From Planctomycetota bacterium (GTDB taxonomy: Bacteria; Planctomycetota; JAJSAM01; JAJVHW01), in NCBI GenBank assembly GCA_965248445.1, contig CBDFJG010000004.1:160001-224000 (forward strand): 64,000 nucleotides of DNA, written 5' to 3'. A model generated the notes under the pieces. The model had not been told where the DNA came from. It saw only the letters and a list, made by a program, of their open reading frames with translations, and did no database searches. The position numbers were made by a program, and so were the translations under genes. Positions 9,773 through 21,225 of the stretch are shown here, one piece after another. The first letter of the stretch is position 1, and each line of letters begins with the position of its first letter.

Positions 9773-12255
9773 CGTTCGGAGTGTTCTCGAAGAAGATCTC
9801 GGCGCGCTCCTGGCGGGCACGGGTGGCCCTGGCAACGCTGTGCTTTCTCGGCACCGGCGCGATCGGCGGTGTCCCGCTCGTCAACAGCGACGGCGTGCCG
9901 TTCGACTGGAACCTCGATTCGGCGCAACCGAACGTCGTGGCCGGCGAGGTGACGTACTACGTGGACCCCAGCGGCACCTCAGATTTGATCACCGGCCCCA
10001 CCACCGGACTCGATGCAGTTCGGGCGGGCATCGCTGCCTGGGAGGTGTCCACGACGCGCATCCGCTTCAGCGAGGACGCCTCGCGCACCGCGAACGGCCG
10101 CGACGGCGGCGACCGCGTGAACTGGATCGGCTGGGTGAATGGCGGTCTCGGCCGTTTCACGTTCGCGGCCACGTTCCCCACCCGCAGCGGGCAGGACATC
10201 CTGGACATGGACGTGGTGTTCAACGACCGGGACTTCTCATGGGACACGCGCGCACCCGGGATCTCTGGCGTTGCGGACATCCAGGCGCTGACCTCGCACG
10301 AGTGGGGCCACGCACTGGGACTCGACCACGTGCCGCTGCGCGCATCGACGATGTACTTCTCCGCGGAGCCCGGTTCGACGTACTTCCGCACGCTCTCGCC
10401 CGACGATACCGCGGTGGTCGGCAGCATCTACACGAACGCAGCGTTCGACCAGACAACGGGAAGCATCTCGGGGAACGTCACGCGCGCGGACGTCTCCAAC
10501 CACCTCTCCATTCACGTGATCGCGGTGTCTCTCGTCACGGGCGAACCGACGGCCTCGACGCTGACAGAGAGCGACGGCGATTTCGTGCTCCACGGCGTGC
10601 CGGCCGGCGCGTACTTCCTGCTCGCAGCGCCGACCGTCCCGCTCTCCGGTTCGATGAACGCGTTCTGGACGGACGGCCGCACGGACTTCGTGCCGGGGAT
10701 ACTGCGCCCGACGGGCACGAACCCCGGACAGGCGGGCATCGCTCTCGTGTCGGCGGGTCAGGAAACCACGGTTCCCGCGTTCACCGTGCAGAACCAGGTC
10801 GAACCGTTCGAGAGCGACGACAACCAAGGCGCGGCGACATCGATCCAGCTGGGCGACGCGGTCGGCGCGCGACTCGAGGCCGCCGGCGACAGCGACTGGT
10901 ACTCGTTCACAGCGGACGGCGGTGAACGGGTGTCGGTGTGGGTGTTCGCGTGGCACATCGGAAGCGACTCGGACCCCGAGGTCGCGCTGCTGGATCAGGT
11001 CGGAAACGTGATCGCCGAGCGGTCCGACATGCGCGCCGCCGCGCTCTTCGGACGCACGATCGAGGGGCCGGACCTCGACGCGCGACTGACGGCGGTGGAA
11101 CTGACCGGCTCCGGGACGAACACGTACTACGTGCGCGTCCGGGCGCAGGGAGGACTGACCGGCACGAACCGCTTCTACGCGCTGCTTGTCACTCCTGCGT
11201 CGGAGTCGCCGAGCGCCGCGCTGACCAGCGTGACCGCGGCGCCGCTGCGGCTGGACGCGGGCGGCATCACGACGTCGATCATCACGGTGCACCCGGTGAA
11301 GGGCACCGGCGAGGACGTCGGTACAGGCGCGACGGTGGACGTAACGAACGACGGTGGCGGGAGCCTGTCGCCCGTCACCGATTCGGGCGACGGCGACTAC
11401 CTCGCCACTCTGACGTCGGGTCCGATCGCCGCACACGACGACATCTCGGTCAGCGTCACGACGCCGGACGGCACGGCGACGCTGAACGACGTCCTCCGGA
11501 TCGTCTACCTGGGACGGCCGAGCGCTGCGCAGACCACCACTACGCTCGTGCCGCGACGCATCGCGGCGGACGGTGCCGCGACAGCCACGCTCGTCACACG
11601 TCCGCGCGACGCGCAGGGCGAGGACCTCGGGACGTCGCGGTCGGTCGTAGTGACGCCCGCGGGCGACGCAGCGGCAAGTCTGTCGGCCGACTCGGGCGAC
11701 GGCTCGTACGCGACCACGGTGACGGCGGGCACGACCAAGGGCGCCGTCGGACTCGGTGTCAACGTCGAGGGACTGGACCTCGGTGCGCTCGCGACGGTCC
11801 AACTCGGCTTCTCTCTGCGCGACGTGCTGGCGCAGGCTGTGACCGACATCGACGGGTTCGAGCAGATCGCAGACGTCCCGAGCTCCGCGTCGAAGCAGCT
11901 GACCAAGGCCCGCAAGAAGATCGAAAAGGCCGTCGAATCGCTCGATGCCGAAAACGTCAAGAAGGCGGTCGCGCGGACGAAGTCGGCGTCCAAGAAGGTC
12001 GCCAAGGCGGTCTCAAAGGGCGCGGGCACGCTGCCGGAATTGGGCACGGCGGCCGAGCTCGGCCAGGCCATTCGCGAGGCCGCGCTCGAGGCGATCGACA
12101 CGGCGATCGTGAACTCCGACTCGGACCAGGCCAAGGTCGACAAGGCCCGACTCCTCGTCCAGGACGGCGACACGATCTTCTCCGGCGGCGACCTGACGAC
12201 CGCTGTGAAGCGTTGGACGAAGGCCTACAAGAAGATCGCCAAACTCCAGCCCTAG
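9769..12255 (+). CDS. Secreted matrixin-like (metzincin) metalloprotease with PPC-like and two invasin/Big_1-like domains and a Lys-rich helical C-terminus
   Basis: HEWGHALGLDH plus Met-turn STMY; DSDWYSF PPC-like segment; two repeats (LDAGG/IAADG...DSGDGxY.AT); K/A-rich tail. Confidence 0.8.
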   Translation: MTFGVFSKKISARSWRARVALATLCFLGTGAIGGVPLVNSDGVPFDWNLDSAQPNVVAGEVTYYVDPSGTSDLITGPTTGLDAVRAGIAAWEVSTTRIRFSEDASRTANGRDGGDRVNWIGWVNGGLGRFTFAATFPTRSGQDILDMDVVFNDRDFSWDTRAPGISGVADIQALTSHEWGHALGLDHVPLRASTMYFSAEPGSTYFRTLSPDDTAVVGSIYTNAAFDQTTGSISGNVTRADVSNHLSIHVIAVSLVTGEPTASTLTESDGDFVLHGVPAGAYFLLAAPTVPLSGSMNAFWTDGRTDFVPGILRPTGTNPGQAGIALVSAGQETTVPAFTVQNQVEPFESDDNQGAATSIQLGDAVGARLEAAGDSDWYSFTADGGERVSVWVFAWHIGSDSDPEVALLDQVGNVIAERSDMRAAALFGRTIEGPDLDARLTAVELTGSGTNTYYVRVRAQGGLTGTNRFYALLVTPASESPSAALTSVTAAPLRLDAGGITTSIITVHPVKGTGEDVGTGATVDVTNDGGGSLSPVTDSGDGDYLATLTSGPIAAHDDISVSVTTPDGTATLNDVLRIVYLGRPSAAQTTTTLVPRRIAADGAATATLVTRPRDAQGEDLGTSRSVVVTPAGDAAASLSADSGDGSYATTVTAGTTKGAVGLGVNVEGLDLGALATVQLGFSLRDVLAQAVTDIDGFEQIADVPSSASKQLTKARKKIEKAVESLDAENVKKAVARTKSASKKVAKAVSKGAGTLPELGTAAELGQAIREAALEAIDTAIVNSDSDQAKVDKARLLVQDGDTIFSGGDLTTAVKRWTKAYKKIAKLQP

Positions 12256-12312
12256 CTCGGGCGTGCTCTCCGGCCGGGACAAAGGAACCGCCGGTCCGGT
12301 ACATACCTTCAT

Positions 12313-13278
12313 GTGAGGCACTCCCGGGTCCGGACACTCGTCGCGACGGCGCTGCTCGCTGCGCTGATCGGACTCGCGCTGCCCGACGCGGACGGCCTGG
12401 TCAGGAAACTCGGTTCGGAGCGCGCTGCAGACCGCGACGCCGCGGCCGCCGCGCTCCTCGCCCTCGGACCGGCCGCCGTCCCGGCGCTGCGGCGCGGGGC
12501 GCAGGATCGCGCTCCCTCCGTTCGAACCCGTGCTGCGGCCCTTCTCGCGCTGGCCTCCGCCGACGGCGCACAGACGGATCGTGACGACGACGCTCCTGCC
12601 CGCCTGGCGCAGAGGGCACTTGCCATCGCAGAACATCGCATGGTGCCGTCGGACCTCGTGCGCTCGCTCGGCGCGCACCCGTCCGTCCCGACGGTGGCGG
12701 CGCTGACGAAGCTCGTCCACGACGAGCGGCTGCTGCCGTCCGCCGGTGTCGCAGCAGCCCGCGCGCTGGAGCGTCACGCGGCGCTACCGCCGCTCGCTCC
12801 GCACCTGCCCGCGCTCGACGAGGCCCTCGACACCGTTGACGGGCCGTTGCGCCGCGCCGCGGCCGCGCTCGTCGGCGCGCTGGCGACCGACAATCTCGAG
12901 CCGCTGGACCGGCGCGCCGGTGACGCGCATCCTGGAGTACGCATCGAGGTCGCGCGCGCACTGGGCCGCCGCGGCCGCGAGGCGTCGCGCGTCGTGCTGG
13001 CACGGCTCGCCCGGGACGCGGACGCCGGCGTCCGCACAGCCGCACTCGAAGCGCTGGCTGCGCTACCTGGCGCACCGCATCCAGCACCCGGCTTGGACGC
13101 CGCGCACGACGACGCACCGCGCGTGCGGGCAGCGGCGGCCGCCCTGCTGGGTCGCGACGCGCTGCCCTCGTCGCTCAGTGTGCTCGCTCTGCTGGCGGAG
13201 GATCCGGAGCTGCGTGTGCGCGCTGCGGCAGCCCGCGCGCTCGATCGGATGGCCCCCCTCTTCGAGCGAGGGGACTGA
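12313..13278 (+). CDS. HEAT-repeat (PBS lyase-like) protein with N-terminal signal/anchor
   Basis: Repeated D..PxVRxxAAxALG units. Confidence 0.75.
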   Translation: MRHSRVRTLVATALLAALIGLALPDADGLVRKLGSERAADRDAAAAALLALGPAAVPALRRGAQDRAPSVRTRAAALLALASADGAQTDRDDDAPARLAQRALAIAEHRMVPSDLVRSLGAHPSVPTVAALTKLVHDERLLPSAGVAAARALERHAALPPLAPHLPALDEALDTVDGPLRRAAAALVGALATDNLEPLDRRAGDAHPGVRIEVARALGRRGREASRVVLARLARDADAGVRTAALEALAALPGAPHPAPGLDAAHDDAPRVRAAAAALLGRDALPSSLSVLALLAEDPELRVRAAAARALDRMAPLFERGD

Positions 13279-13283
13279 CCGCG

Positions 13284-14483
<1,200 letters not shown>

Positions 14484-14498
14484 CGCAGTCCGTTCGTT

Positions 14499-15865
14499 CT
14501 ACCCACACCCACTGCGGAGCGGAAGCGCACGCCGATCCGGGCGGGCTCTGACGACGCGGGTCAGATCTGCAAGCGACTCCAGTTCCCCCCGGAGTACGAG
14601 AACGGCCTTCAGTCCCGTCTTCAGATAGCTGGTGATGTTGATCGCCCACCAGACCCCCAACGCGCCTAGGCCGAGGTGAATTGCAAGCCACCAGGCGAGC
14701 GGGACGCGGGCGATGTTCAGCGGCGTCGCGCTCCAGAACCCGGTGACCGTATCTCCGGCTCCGTCGAGCACTCCGTCGAGGAGCGACTCGTAGGCGACGG
14801 CGAGTTGAGACAGCGCGAGCACGTGCGCGTACTCGGTCGCCGCGAGGTGAACCAGCGGATCCTGGGTGAAGATGCCGGTGAAGAAGCGGCCCCCGAACCA
14901 GAACGCCGCCATGGCGCCGAGTCCGAGCGCCGTCGAGAACGGGAGCGCCCGCCGGATGACCCGCCGCGCGTCCTCGGGACGTCCGGCCCCAGCGCGCGCC
15001 CGACGAACGACGCGACAGCGATCGAGAGACCGTAGAAAGTCGGCCACGTGAAACCTTCGAGAGCCGTGAACCCGACACCGAGCGCGGCGTTCACATGCGG
15101 ACCGAGCGGCGAGATCGCCACGCGCACGACGAGCCAATACACGATGGCGTACGCGGCGACGCGCAACGCCACGGGCGCCCCGACCTTCATGACCCTCTTC
15201 AGTTCGGCCGGGACGACGTAGCTGCGCTTCATCCCCGCCTCTCGCCAGAGCAACCAGAGTGCGATCGACGTCGTAACCGCTCGCGAGCCATTCGATGCGA
15301 GAGCGGCGCCCACGACTCCGAGTTCGGCATGCACTGCCAGCGCCGGGGTCAACACCATGTTCAAGAGCAGCGAGACGATGTGCAGCAGCATCGGCACGCG
15401 TCCGTTCCCCATCGAGATGAACGCGTGGTCGACGATCGGAATCAGCACCAGGGGCAGAATCGTGAACGAGAGAGTGGAGAGGTAGCGCGTGCACTCAACG
15501 TTCGTCTCGCCCCGGAGGCCGAGCGCGTCGGAGATCGCCTGTGCTCCGACGCCGCCGATCACCGTGAACAGACCCGCCAGCACGAGTCCGCCGAAGAGAC
15601 CGGCGCCGATGATGCGGCGCCGCATCTCGGGGTCACCTGCGCCGGTCGCACGCGCAACGAGTGGCGCGACGCCGGCCGCAACCAGCGCGAACGCCGCGTA
15701 GAACAGGATGAGGACGAAGATACTCGTGCCGACGGCGGCCTGCGCGGGCGTCGAGACCTGCGCCATCCAGTACTGGTCGACGAGGCGGTACCCGTTCGTC
15801 AGGACGGCGAACGCGATGCTCGGCACGGCGAGGCGAAGCAGCGCGCGGGTGGTGACCTGGTCCAC
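14499..15865 (-). CDS. MATE family efflux transporter, one frameshift near 14990 (sequencing error or pseudogene)
   Basis: MATE repeats (ARATGAGD, LNMVLTPAL...GVVGAALA, GAGDT). Adding one G to the G4 run at 14987-14990 joins the two ORFs as VGRALGAGRPEDARR. Confidence 0.8.
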
Positions 15866-15911
15866 CGCGGCGGTGTAGCAGGGGGTGCCGCCGCCGCGGC
15901 GCGAATCCGCG

Positions 15912-16643
15912 TCAGAGCGAGTAGAGGGTCAGGCGGAACGGGAACCACCGCTCGCCGCCATCAGGCCCCTCGAGCCGGCGTGCCACGCGGGTCGCTGCCT
16001 CGAGCGTGGGGAGGAGGCCGTGCGCGTTGGTGCCGTCCGAGGCGTCCGGCCGAATGCCGCGGGCGGCGCTCTCGACCATCCACGAGTGCAGCTCCCCGCC
16101 GTACGGGCGGTACACGTCCCAGCCGAGTTCCTCGCCCCCGGACTCAGGCGCCGTGCGGCCGAGCGGCAGCCGGGCGAAGCCCGAGATGCCGCCGTCGGCA
16201 GCCAGCACGGCGTCGGCCAGCTCCTCGGGGAGCTCCAGTCCAAGCACCGCGATGCCGTGTGGCGGGCGTCCCACGTTGCGCAACACTCTGCGCACGGCGT
16301 CGAGCGAGGTGAACGTCGACGGCGACTCGAAGTCACCGCGCGCGGTCGCGGCCGCGAGCACCTCGGCCAGATCGGCGGACCCGCTGCTGTCCAGCCCGAT
16401 CCGCTCGAGGTCGGCCGAGAGCGCCCACAGGAGCTTGCCCTGCGCGGCGTCGGCGTACCCCGCGAAGCGGCCGTGCGGGACGTCGGCCGCCTCCAGCCAG
16501 CCGGCCGGAACCGCGGGAAGGACCGGCGCGACGAAGTCCGAAGCAGAGATCATCCGCGCCGGAAACGAGTCGTCGAGGTAGTCAGGACGATCGATCCAGC
16601 GGGTGAGCACATACCCCGCGGAGACCGTCGTGCAGACCTGCAT
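15912..16643 (-). CDS. Hypothetical protein
   Basis: Protein-like composition (LGWDVY...HSWM...NAHGLL); fills the gap between MATE and the divergent CBS gene. Confidence 0.6.
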   Translation of the reverse strand: MQVCTTVSAGYVLTRWIDRPDYLDDSFPARMISASDFVAPVLPAVPAGWLEAADVPHGRFAGYADAAQGKLLWALSADLERIGLDSSGSADLAEVLAAATARGDFESPSTFTSLDAVRRVLRNVGRPPHGIAVLGLELPEELADAVLAADGGISGFARLPLGRTAPESGGEELGWDVYRPYGGELHSWMVESAARGIRPDASDGTNAHGLLPTLEAATRVARRLEGPDGGERWFPFRLTLYSL

Positions 16644-16730
16644 GCGCCGAAGCATCGGGGATTGCCGCGCGCCGCCGCCAGCATCGAATCCGAAGCGGCA
16701 AGAACGTCTCGTTCCGAATACCCTGCGACG

Positions 16731-18092
16731 ATGTCTGAGATCCTCGAGTCGATTCTGGACGCGATCGGTGACACGCCGATGGTCCGCCTCCGAACCATAG
16801 GGCGCGACACCGGCTGCGAGATCCTCGCCAAGTGCGAGTTCCTGAACGCGGGCGGGTCCGTCAAGGACCGCATCGGCAAGCGCATGGTCGAGGTGGCCGA
16901 GCGCGAGGGACGCATTCGGCCAGGCGACACCCTCATCGAACCGACCAGCGGGAACACCGGCATCGGCATGGCACTGGCAGCGGCGGTGCGCGGCTACCGA
17001 ATGGTCATCACGATGCCCGAGAAGATGAGCCGCGAGAAGCAGGTCGTTCTCGAGGCGCTCGGCGCGGAGATCATCCGCACTCCCACCGAGGCGGCGTGGG
17101 ATTCGCCGGAGAGCCACATCGGGGTTGCCAAGCAACTCAACGAGATCCTCCCAAAATCTCACATCCTGGATCAGTACTCGAACCCCGAGAACCCGGCGGC
17201 GCACGAGGAGGGAACGGGGCGCGAGATCCTGGAGCAGACGGACGGACATCTCGACTTCCTCGTTCTGACGGCGGGCACCGGCGGGACGATCACCGGATGC
17301 GCGAGGGCCGTGAAGAAGGCGCTGCCGGACGTCAAGGTCATCGGCGTCGATCCGGTCGGCTCGATCCTCGCGGGGCCGCAGCCGATCGCGCCCTACAAGG
17401 TCGAAGGCATCGGGTACGACTTCATCCCCGACGTGCTGCACCGCGACCTCGTCGACGAGTGGATCAAGACCGAAGACGGCCCGTCGTTCCGCATGGCGCG
17501 CCGCCTCATCCGGCAGGAGGGACTGCTCTGCGGCGGAAGTTGCGGCTCCGCCGTCTGGGCATCGGTGCAGATCGCGAAGAAGTACGGACCGAACAAGCGC
17601 ATCGTGACGATCCTGCCGGACTCCGTGCGCAACTACATGACGAAGTTCCTCGACGACCAGTGGATGCGTGAGAACGGGTTCTCGGAGCGCCGCTGGGAGT
17701 CACAGACCGTCGGCGACCTTCTGCGGTCGCTGCCGCAGCGCGAGCTCATTACGGCAACGAGCGCAGACACGGTCGTCGACACCGTCGCGCGCCTGAAGCT
17801 GCACGGTGTCAGCCAGTTGCCGGTGATCGACGACGGGAGTCTCGTGGGGATCGTGACCGAGACCGACCTGCTCACGAAGTTGGTGGACGGCCACGCCAGC
17901 CCGGACAGCTCCGTCGCAGAGGTGATGTTCCGAAACGTGCGCACGGTCTCGCACACGGCGGACGCCAGCGCGCTGACCGACCTGTTCGCGGGCGACCTCG
18001 TCGCGCTCGTCACCGGCGACGACGGCGCGCTGGCCGGCATCGTTTCGAAGGTCGACCTGGTCGAGTACCTGACGCGGGCGCCCGGCAAGTAG
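16731..18092 (+). CDS. cbs: Cystathionine beta-synthase with C-terminal CBS domain pair (no heme domain)
   Basis: KCEFLNAGGSVKDRIG (PLP Lys), EPTSGNTG, GTGGT, VEGIGYDFIP, PDSVRNYMTKF, followed by CBS domains (SQLPV...GIVTETDL). Confidence 0.9.
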   Translation: MSEILESILDAIGDTPMVRLRTIGRDTGCEILAKCEFLNAGGSVKDRIGKRMVEVAEREGRIRPGDTLIEPTSGNTGIGMALAAAVRGYRMVITMPEKMSREKQVVLEALGAEIIRTPTEAAWDSPESHIGVAKQLNEILPKSHILDQYSNPENPAAHEEGTGREILEQTDGHLDFLVLTAGTGGTITGCARAVKKALPDVKVIGVDPVGSILAGPQPIAPYKVEGIGYDFIPDVLHRDLVDEWIKTEDGPSFRMARRLIRQEGLLCGGSCGSAVWASVQIAKKYGPNKRIVTILPDSVRNYMTKFLDDQWMRENGFSERRWESQTVGDLLRSLPQRELITATSADTVVDTVARLKLHGVSQLPVIDDGSLVGIVTETDLLTKLVDGHASPDSSVAEVMFRNVRTVSHTADASALTDLFAGDLVALVTGDDGALAGIVSKVDLVEYLTRAPGK

Positions 18093-18113
18093 CGGTCGCC
18101 CAGTATTGCCCGG

Positions 18114-19205
18114 CTACTTGGGCGGCGTCTCGCCGTCGGCCTCGTCCTCGGCGAGGTCGACGCCCAGCACCGACAGCACCATCAGCCGCACGGAGTCCGG
18201 CGGCCCCGGCAGCGCCAGGAGAACCGCCTGGCCGTCGGCCATCTCCAGAGAGCGTTTGACGCGTGTCTCGTAGACGTCGGGCGCCTGGATTCTGGCAGGC
18301 TCGGCAGCTCCGATATCGAACTCGATCACATCCATCGGCTCCCGCAGGTCCGCCGTGTGGTGATCAACGTGAACGCGGTACCCCCCCTCGGCGGACCCCC
18401 ACACCTCGAGGTCGAGAGTCGTGCCTGCGAACACCGTGTCGATGACGGGATCCGCGATCGACCCAACCTCGATGTCGATGTCGGATACGTAGCTGACTTC
18501 GCGCCCGAGCGTGATGTTGGCGGGCTGTCCGAGAGTGGTGACAAGACTCGGTGCGCTCAGCACGTCCACGCGGGCGGCAGCGGCCCACTCTCGTACGCGC
18601 TCGACGACTCCGTCGGACATCACGACGGCACCCGGGCGCACGTCGGTGAGGTCGATCCCGAGGTCCTGCATCCGATCCGCCTCGAGAAAGCGGGTCTCGA
18701 GCAGCACCATCGGCTGCGCGGCCCCGCGCAGATCGTCGAGCGTGCCCTGAAGGGCGTCGTGCACCGATCCGACGCCCATGACGATCAGCACGCCGTTCTT
18801 CTCGTCGGCGAACCGGATCATCGCACCGTGCCCGTTGTCCGACAGCACTTCGAGCAGCGACCCGGGACCGCCCGCCTGCTCGACGAGGTCGTGGACGTCG
18901 TAGAGCTGCACGTACGGCTGAACGTCCGTGGGATCCGCACGCGCAACGCGTTCGCCTTGCCGCACGGCCGCCGCGCCCGCGCGCTCCGCGCGGACTTGCT
19001 CGACCAACTGGAGCACGACGGCCAGCGCGGCGCCCGGCTCCGCCGAGAGGCGTTCCCGCGCCGAGGCGCGCTCGCCGGCATCCTCGGCGAGGAGCCGGTG
19101 CGCCGCGGCGGCGAGCGAGTCCTCCCTGTCGAGCACGACCTCTTGTGCTGCCGCCGGGACCGTCAGCACGACGGCCAGCAGCGCGAGTGTGAGGAACCGC
19201 TTCAT
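18114..19205 (-). CDS. Secretin-like (type II/III secretion domain) protein with signal peptide
   Basis: Signal peptide ending AAA-Q; N-domain-like LYDVHDL...LIV; PMVLLETRFLE; LSAPSLVTTLGQPANITLGREVSYVSDIDIEV...DPVIDTV. Confidence 0.65.
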   Translation of the reverse strand: MKRFLTLALLAVVLTVPAAAQEVVLDREDSLAAAAHRLLAEDAGERASARERLSAEPGAALAVVLQLVEQVRAERAGAAAVRQGERVARADPTDVQPYVQLYDVHDLVEQAGGPGSLLEVLSDNGHGAMIRFADEKNGVLIVMGVGSVHDALQGTLDDLRGAAQPMVLLETRFLEADRMQDLGIDLTDVRPGAVVMSDGVVERVREWAAAARVDVLSAPSLVTTLGQPANITLGREVSYVSDIDIEVGSIADPVIDTVFAGTTLDLEVWGSAEGGYRVHVDHHTADLREPMDVIEFDIGAAEPARIQAPDVYETRVKRSLEMADGQAVLLALPGPPDSVRLMVLSVLGVDLAEDEADGETPPK

Positions 19206-19354
19206 CCCTGCCTCCCTTCGGACGACGCTCCGTCCGGTCCATTGGACGATCGTGGGCGGCCGTCACCCAGGGGTCACCCGGACGTCACGCTGCCGCATCG
19301 TTCCAGATGGGTCCAAAGCGGAGGTACTGTCACGCCCATTCTGAAAGGGACGCC

Positions 19355-20128
19355 ATGAGCGCCAGCGAGATCAGACACGTCATGCTCGGCAAGGACCATG
19401 AGCGCTACGGCGCCTATGGCCTGGCCCAGGTGTCTGCAAACACCGTCGCAGCCATGTCGGTCGGCAGTGACGAGAAGTTCGCCTCTGACCACCCGAAGCA
19501 GCACCCGAACGAAGACGCACTGCTCGTCATCGAGGACAAGCGTCGGACGGTGCTGTGTGTGGCGGACGCCCACTACGGACGCGAGTCGAGCGAGGAGCTC
19601 ATCGTCCTGCTGCGTGAGCTGTTCAAGCCGGTACCCGGGACACCGGAAGAACTCGACGTTGCCCTGCGCAACATCTCCCGCGAGAAGCGGACCGGCCGTC
19701 ACATGTCGGAGACGACGCTACTGATCGCGATCTACGACCGGCTGTTCCGGCAGGGCTTCGGCCTCTCGTTCGGCGACAGTTCACTCGTGCTCGCGCGCCC
19801 GCGTTCGCTGCCGGAGAAGCAGAACCGCAAGAACAAGATGTTCGTGTCGATGACGGAGCCGAAGTCGCTGCGTCCCAGCAACGCGGACCACATCCACTTC
19901 TCCGCCGCGCCCGGAGACCTGCTCATCGCGTACACCGACGGCATCGACGAGTGCTGCTACCGCGAACCGGATCGTGGCGTGACCCCGCCAATCATGCAGA
20001 TGCTCGTAGACGGCCGCGCGGACGACCCGAAGGGCGCCGCGGAGGCCATCGTCGGTACCGCACTGAAGGGTGTGGGCGGCTGGGCCGGCGGACAGGACAA
20101 CATCGCGCTGATCGTGTCGAAGATCTGA
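19355..20128 (+). CDS. PP2C/SpoIIE-like phosphatase domain protein
   Basis: NEDA, VADAHYG, ETTL, GDS, YTDGI and GQDNIAL metal-binding motifs. Confidence 0.8.
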   Translation: MSASEIRHVMLGKDHERYGAYGLAQVSANTVAAMSVGSDEKFASDHPKQHPNEDALLVIEDKRRTVLCVADAHYGRESSEELIVLLRELFKPVPGTPEELDVALRNISREKRTGRHMSETTLLIAIYDRLFRQGFGLSFGDSSLVLARPRSLPEKQNRKNKMFVSMTEPKSLRPSNADHIHFSAAPGDLLIAYTDGIDECCYREPDRGVTPPIMQMLVDGRADDPKGAAEAIVGTALKGVGGWAGGQDNIALIVSKI

Positions 20129-20162
20129 GCGGGTAGCCTTCCCGCAGCCGGGGAGAAGCACC

Positions 20163-20777
20163 ATGTCCGAGCAGAGTGTCCGGGAAGACAAGGGACTGCC
20201 CGGCTGGGTCATCGCGCTGATCGTCGTGTGCGGGGCGTGCCTCTGCGGAGTCCCGGCCGTCGGCGGTGCGATCGCGGTCCTGGTTCCGAAGATCCAGATG
20301 CAGCACATAAGGGCGGGATGCGCCACGTCCCTTCGCACGCTCGGTAGCCTCCACATCGACCACTGGACAGAGACCGGTGGGCCGCCGACCGAAGGCGGTG
20401 TGAAGTACTTCCTGCGCCTGGCGGAGGGCACGGACGTGTCAATCGTCTGCCCGGACGACGGCCATGGCCGCCAAGCGCAAGTCGTGCAAATCGGCGACGA
20501 TCCGATGACCACGGCGTCAGAGCCGATGCTGCGCTCGATCTGCTCCTACGCGGTGCGCGACTTCGCGCGCTACCCGCTGAGCGACGACTACGCGAACGAG
20601 GCGATCGCGGCGGATCGAGAGGAGTTCCACCGCGGCGGCATCAACGTGCTGTACAGCGACGGCAGCGTGAAGTTCCACGACCGCGCGTGGCTCGGCATCC
20701 CGGACGGCGCGCCGATCGTCGTCGGTCCGGAGTCCGACCACGAGGAGCTGAAGAAGCTCTGCGTCGTCGCGGAGTAG
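20163..20777 (+). CDS. H-X9-DG C-terminal domain protein (DUF1559-like) with N-terminal TM helix
   Basis: HRGGINVLYSDG is H-X9-DG; C...LRTLG and CP motifs typical of the family; GGAG RBS. Confidence 0.75.
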   Translation: MSEQSVREDKGLPGWVIALIVVCGACLCGVPAVGGAIAVLVPKIQMQHIRAGCATSLRTLGSLHIDHWTETGGPPTEGGVKYFLRLAEGTDVSIVCPDDGHGRQAQVVQIGDDPMTTASEPMLRSICSYAVRDFARYPLSDDYANEAIAADREEFHRGGINVLYSDGSVKFHDRAWLGIPDGAPIVVGPESDHEELKKLCVVAE

Positions 20778-20824
20778 GGGCGCGGGTTTCGACGTGCGCG
20801 GGCGGGGCAGCGCCCCGCCCCTAC
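20774..20824. repeat. GTAG-type REP-like palindrome between convergent genes
   Basis: Minus strand reads GTAGGGGCGGGGC-GCT-GCCCCGCCC (9-bp hairpin). A second, inverted GTAGGGGCG starts at 20774. Confidence 0.55.
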
Positions 20825-20931
20825 AGCAGGCTCGCACTCGTTGTGTGAATCGCGGAGGGCGCGGCGGTTGAGGCAAGCGACGTGACCGCAGCCCTCGCGC
20901 AGTGTCCGGAGGACGCGGAGCGAGGGAGACA

Positions 20932-21225
20932 CTAGCCCGAAGCGTGGCCGAGGATCGCTCCGCGATCCGCAGGACCACGCGCACGGGCTGTGACCGTGTA
21001 GCTGCGCTTCGGATCCCACCCGCTGATCCCCATCTCCTCGACGGCTTCCTTGCCGAACATCACCCGCGTCTCGCGCCAGCGCGTTCCCACGCCCGAGGAG
21101 CGCTCCGAGAGCAGTTCGATCTTCTGGATGCCCTCGATCGTGCTCTGCCACTTCTTCACGTCCGCTACCACCTCCCACACGCGGTCGGGTGGAGCGTCAA
21201 TCGTCTCGGTGAGCAGCAGGTTCAT
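20932..21225 (-). pseudogene. Truncated SRPBCC (START/Bet v1-like) family protein
   Basis: IDAPPDRVWEVVAD and GVGTRWRETRVMFGKEA are SRPBCC-like; the ORF stops at 97 aa and I could not recognise the C-terminal part in another frame. Confidence 0.6.
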
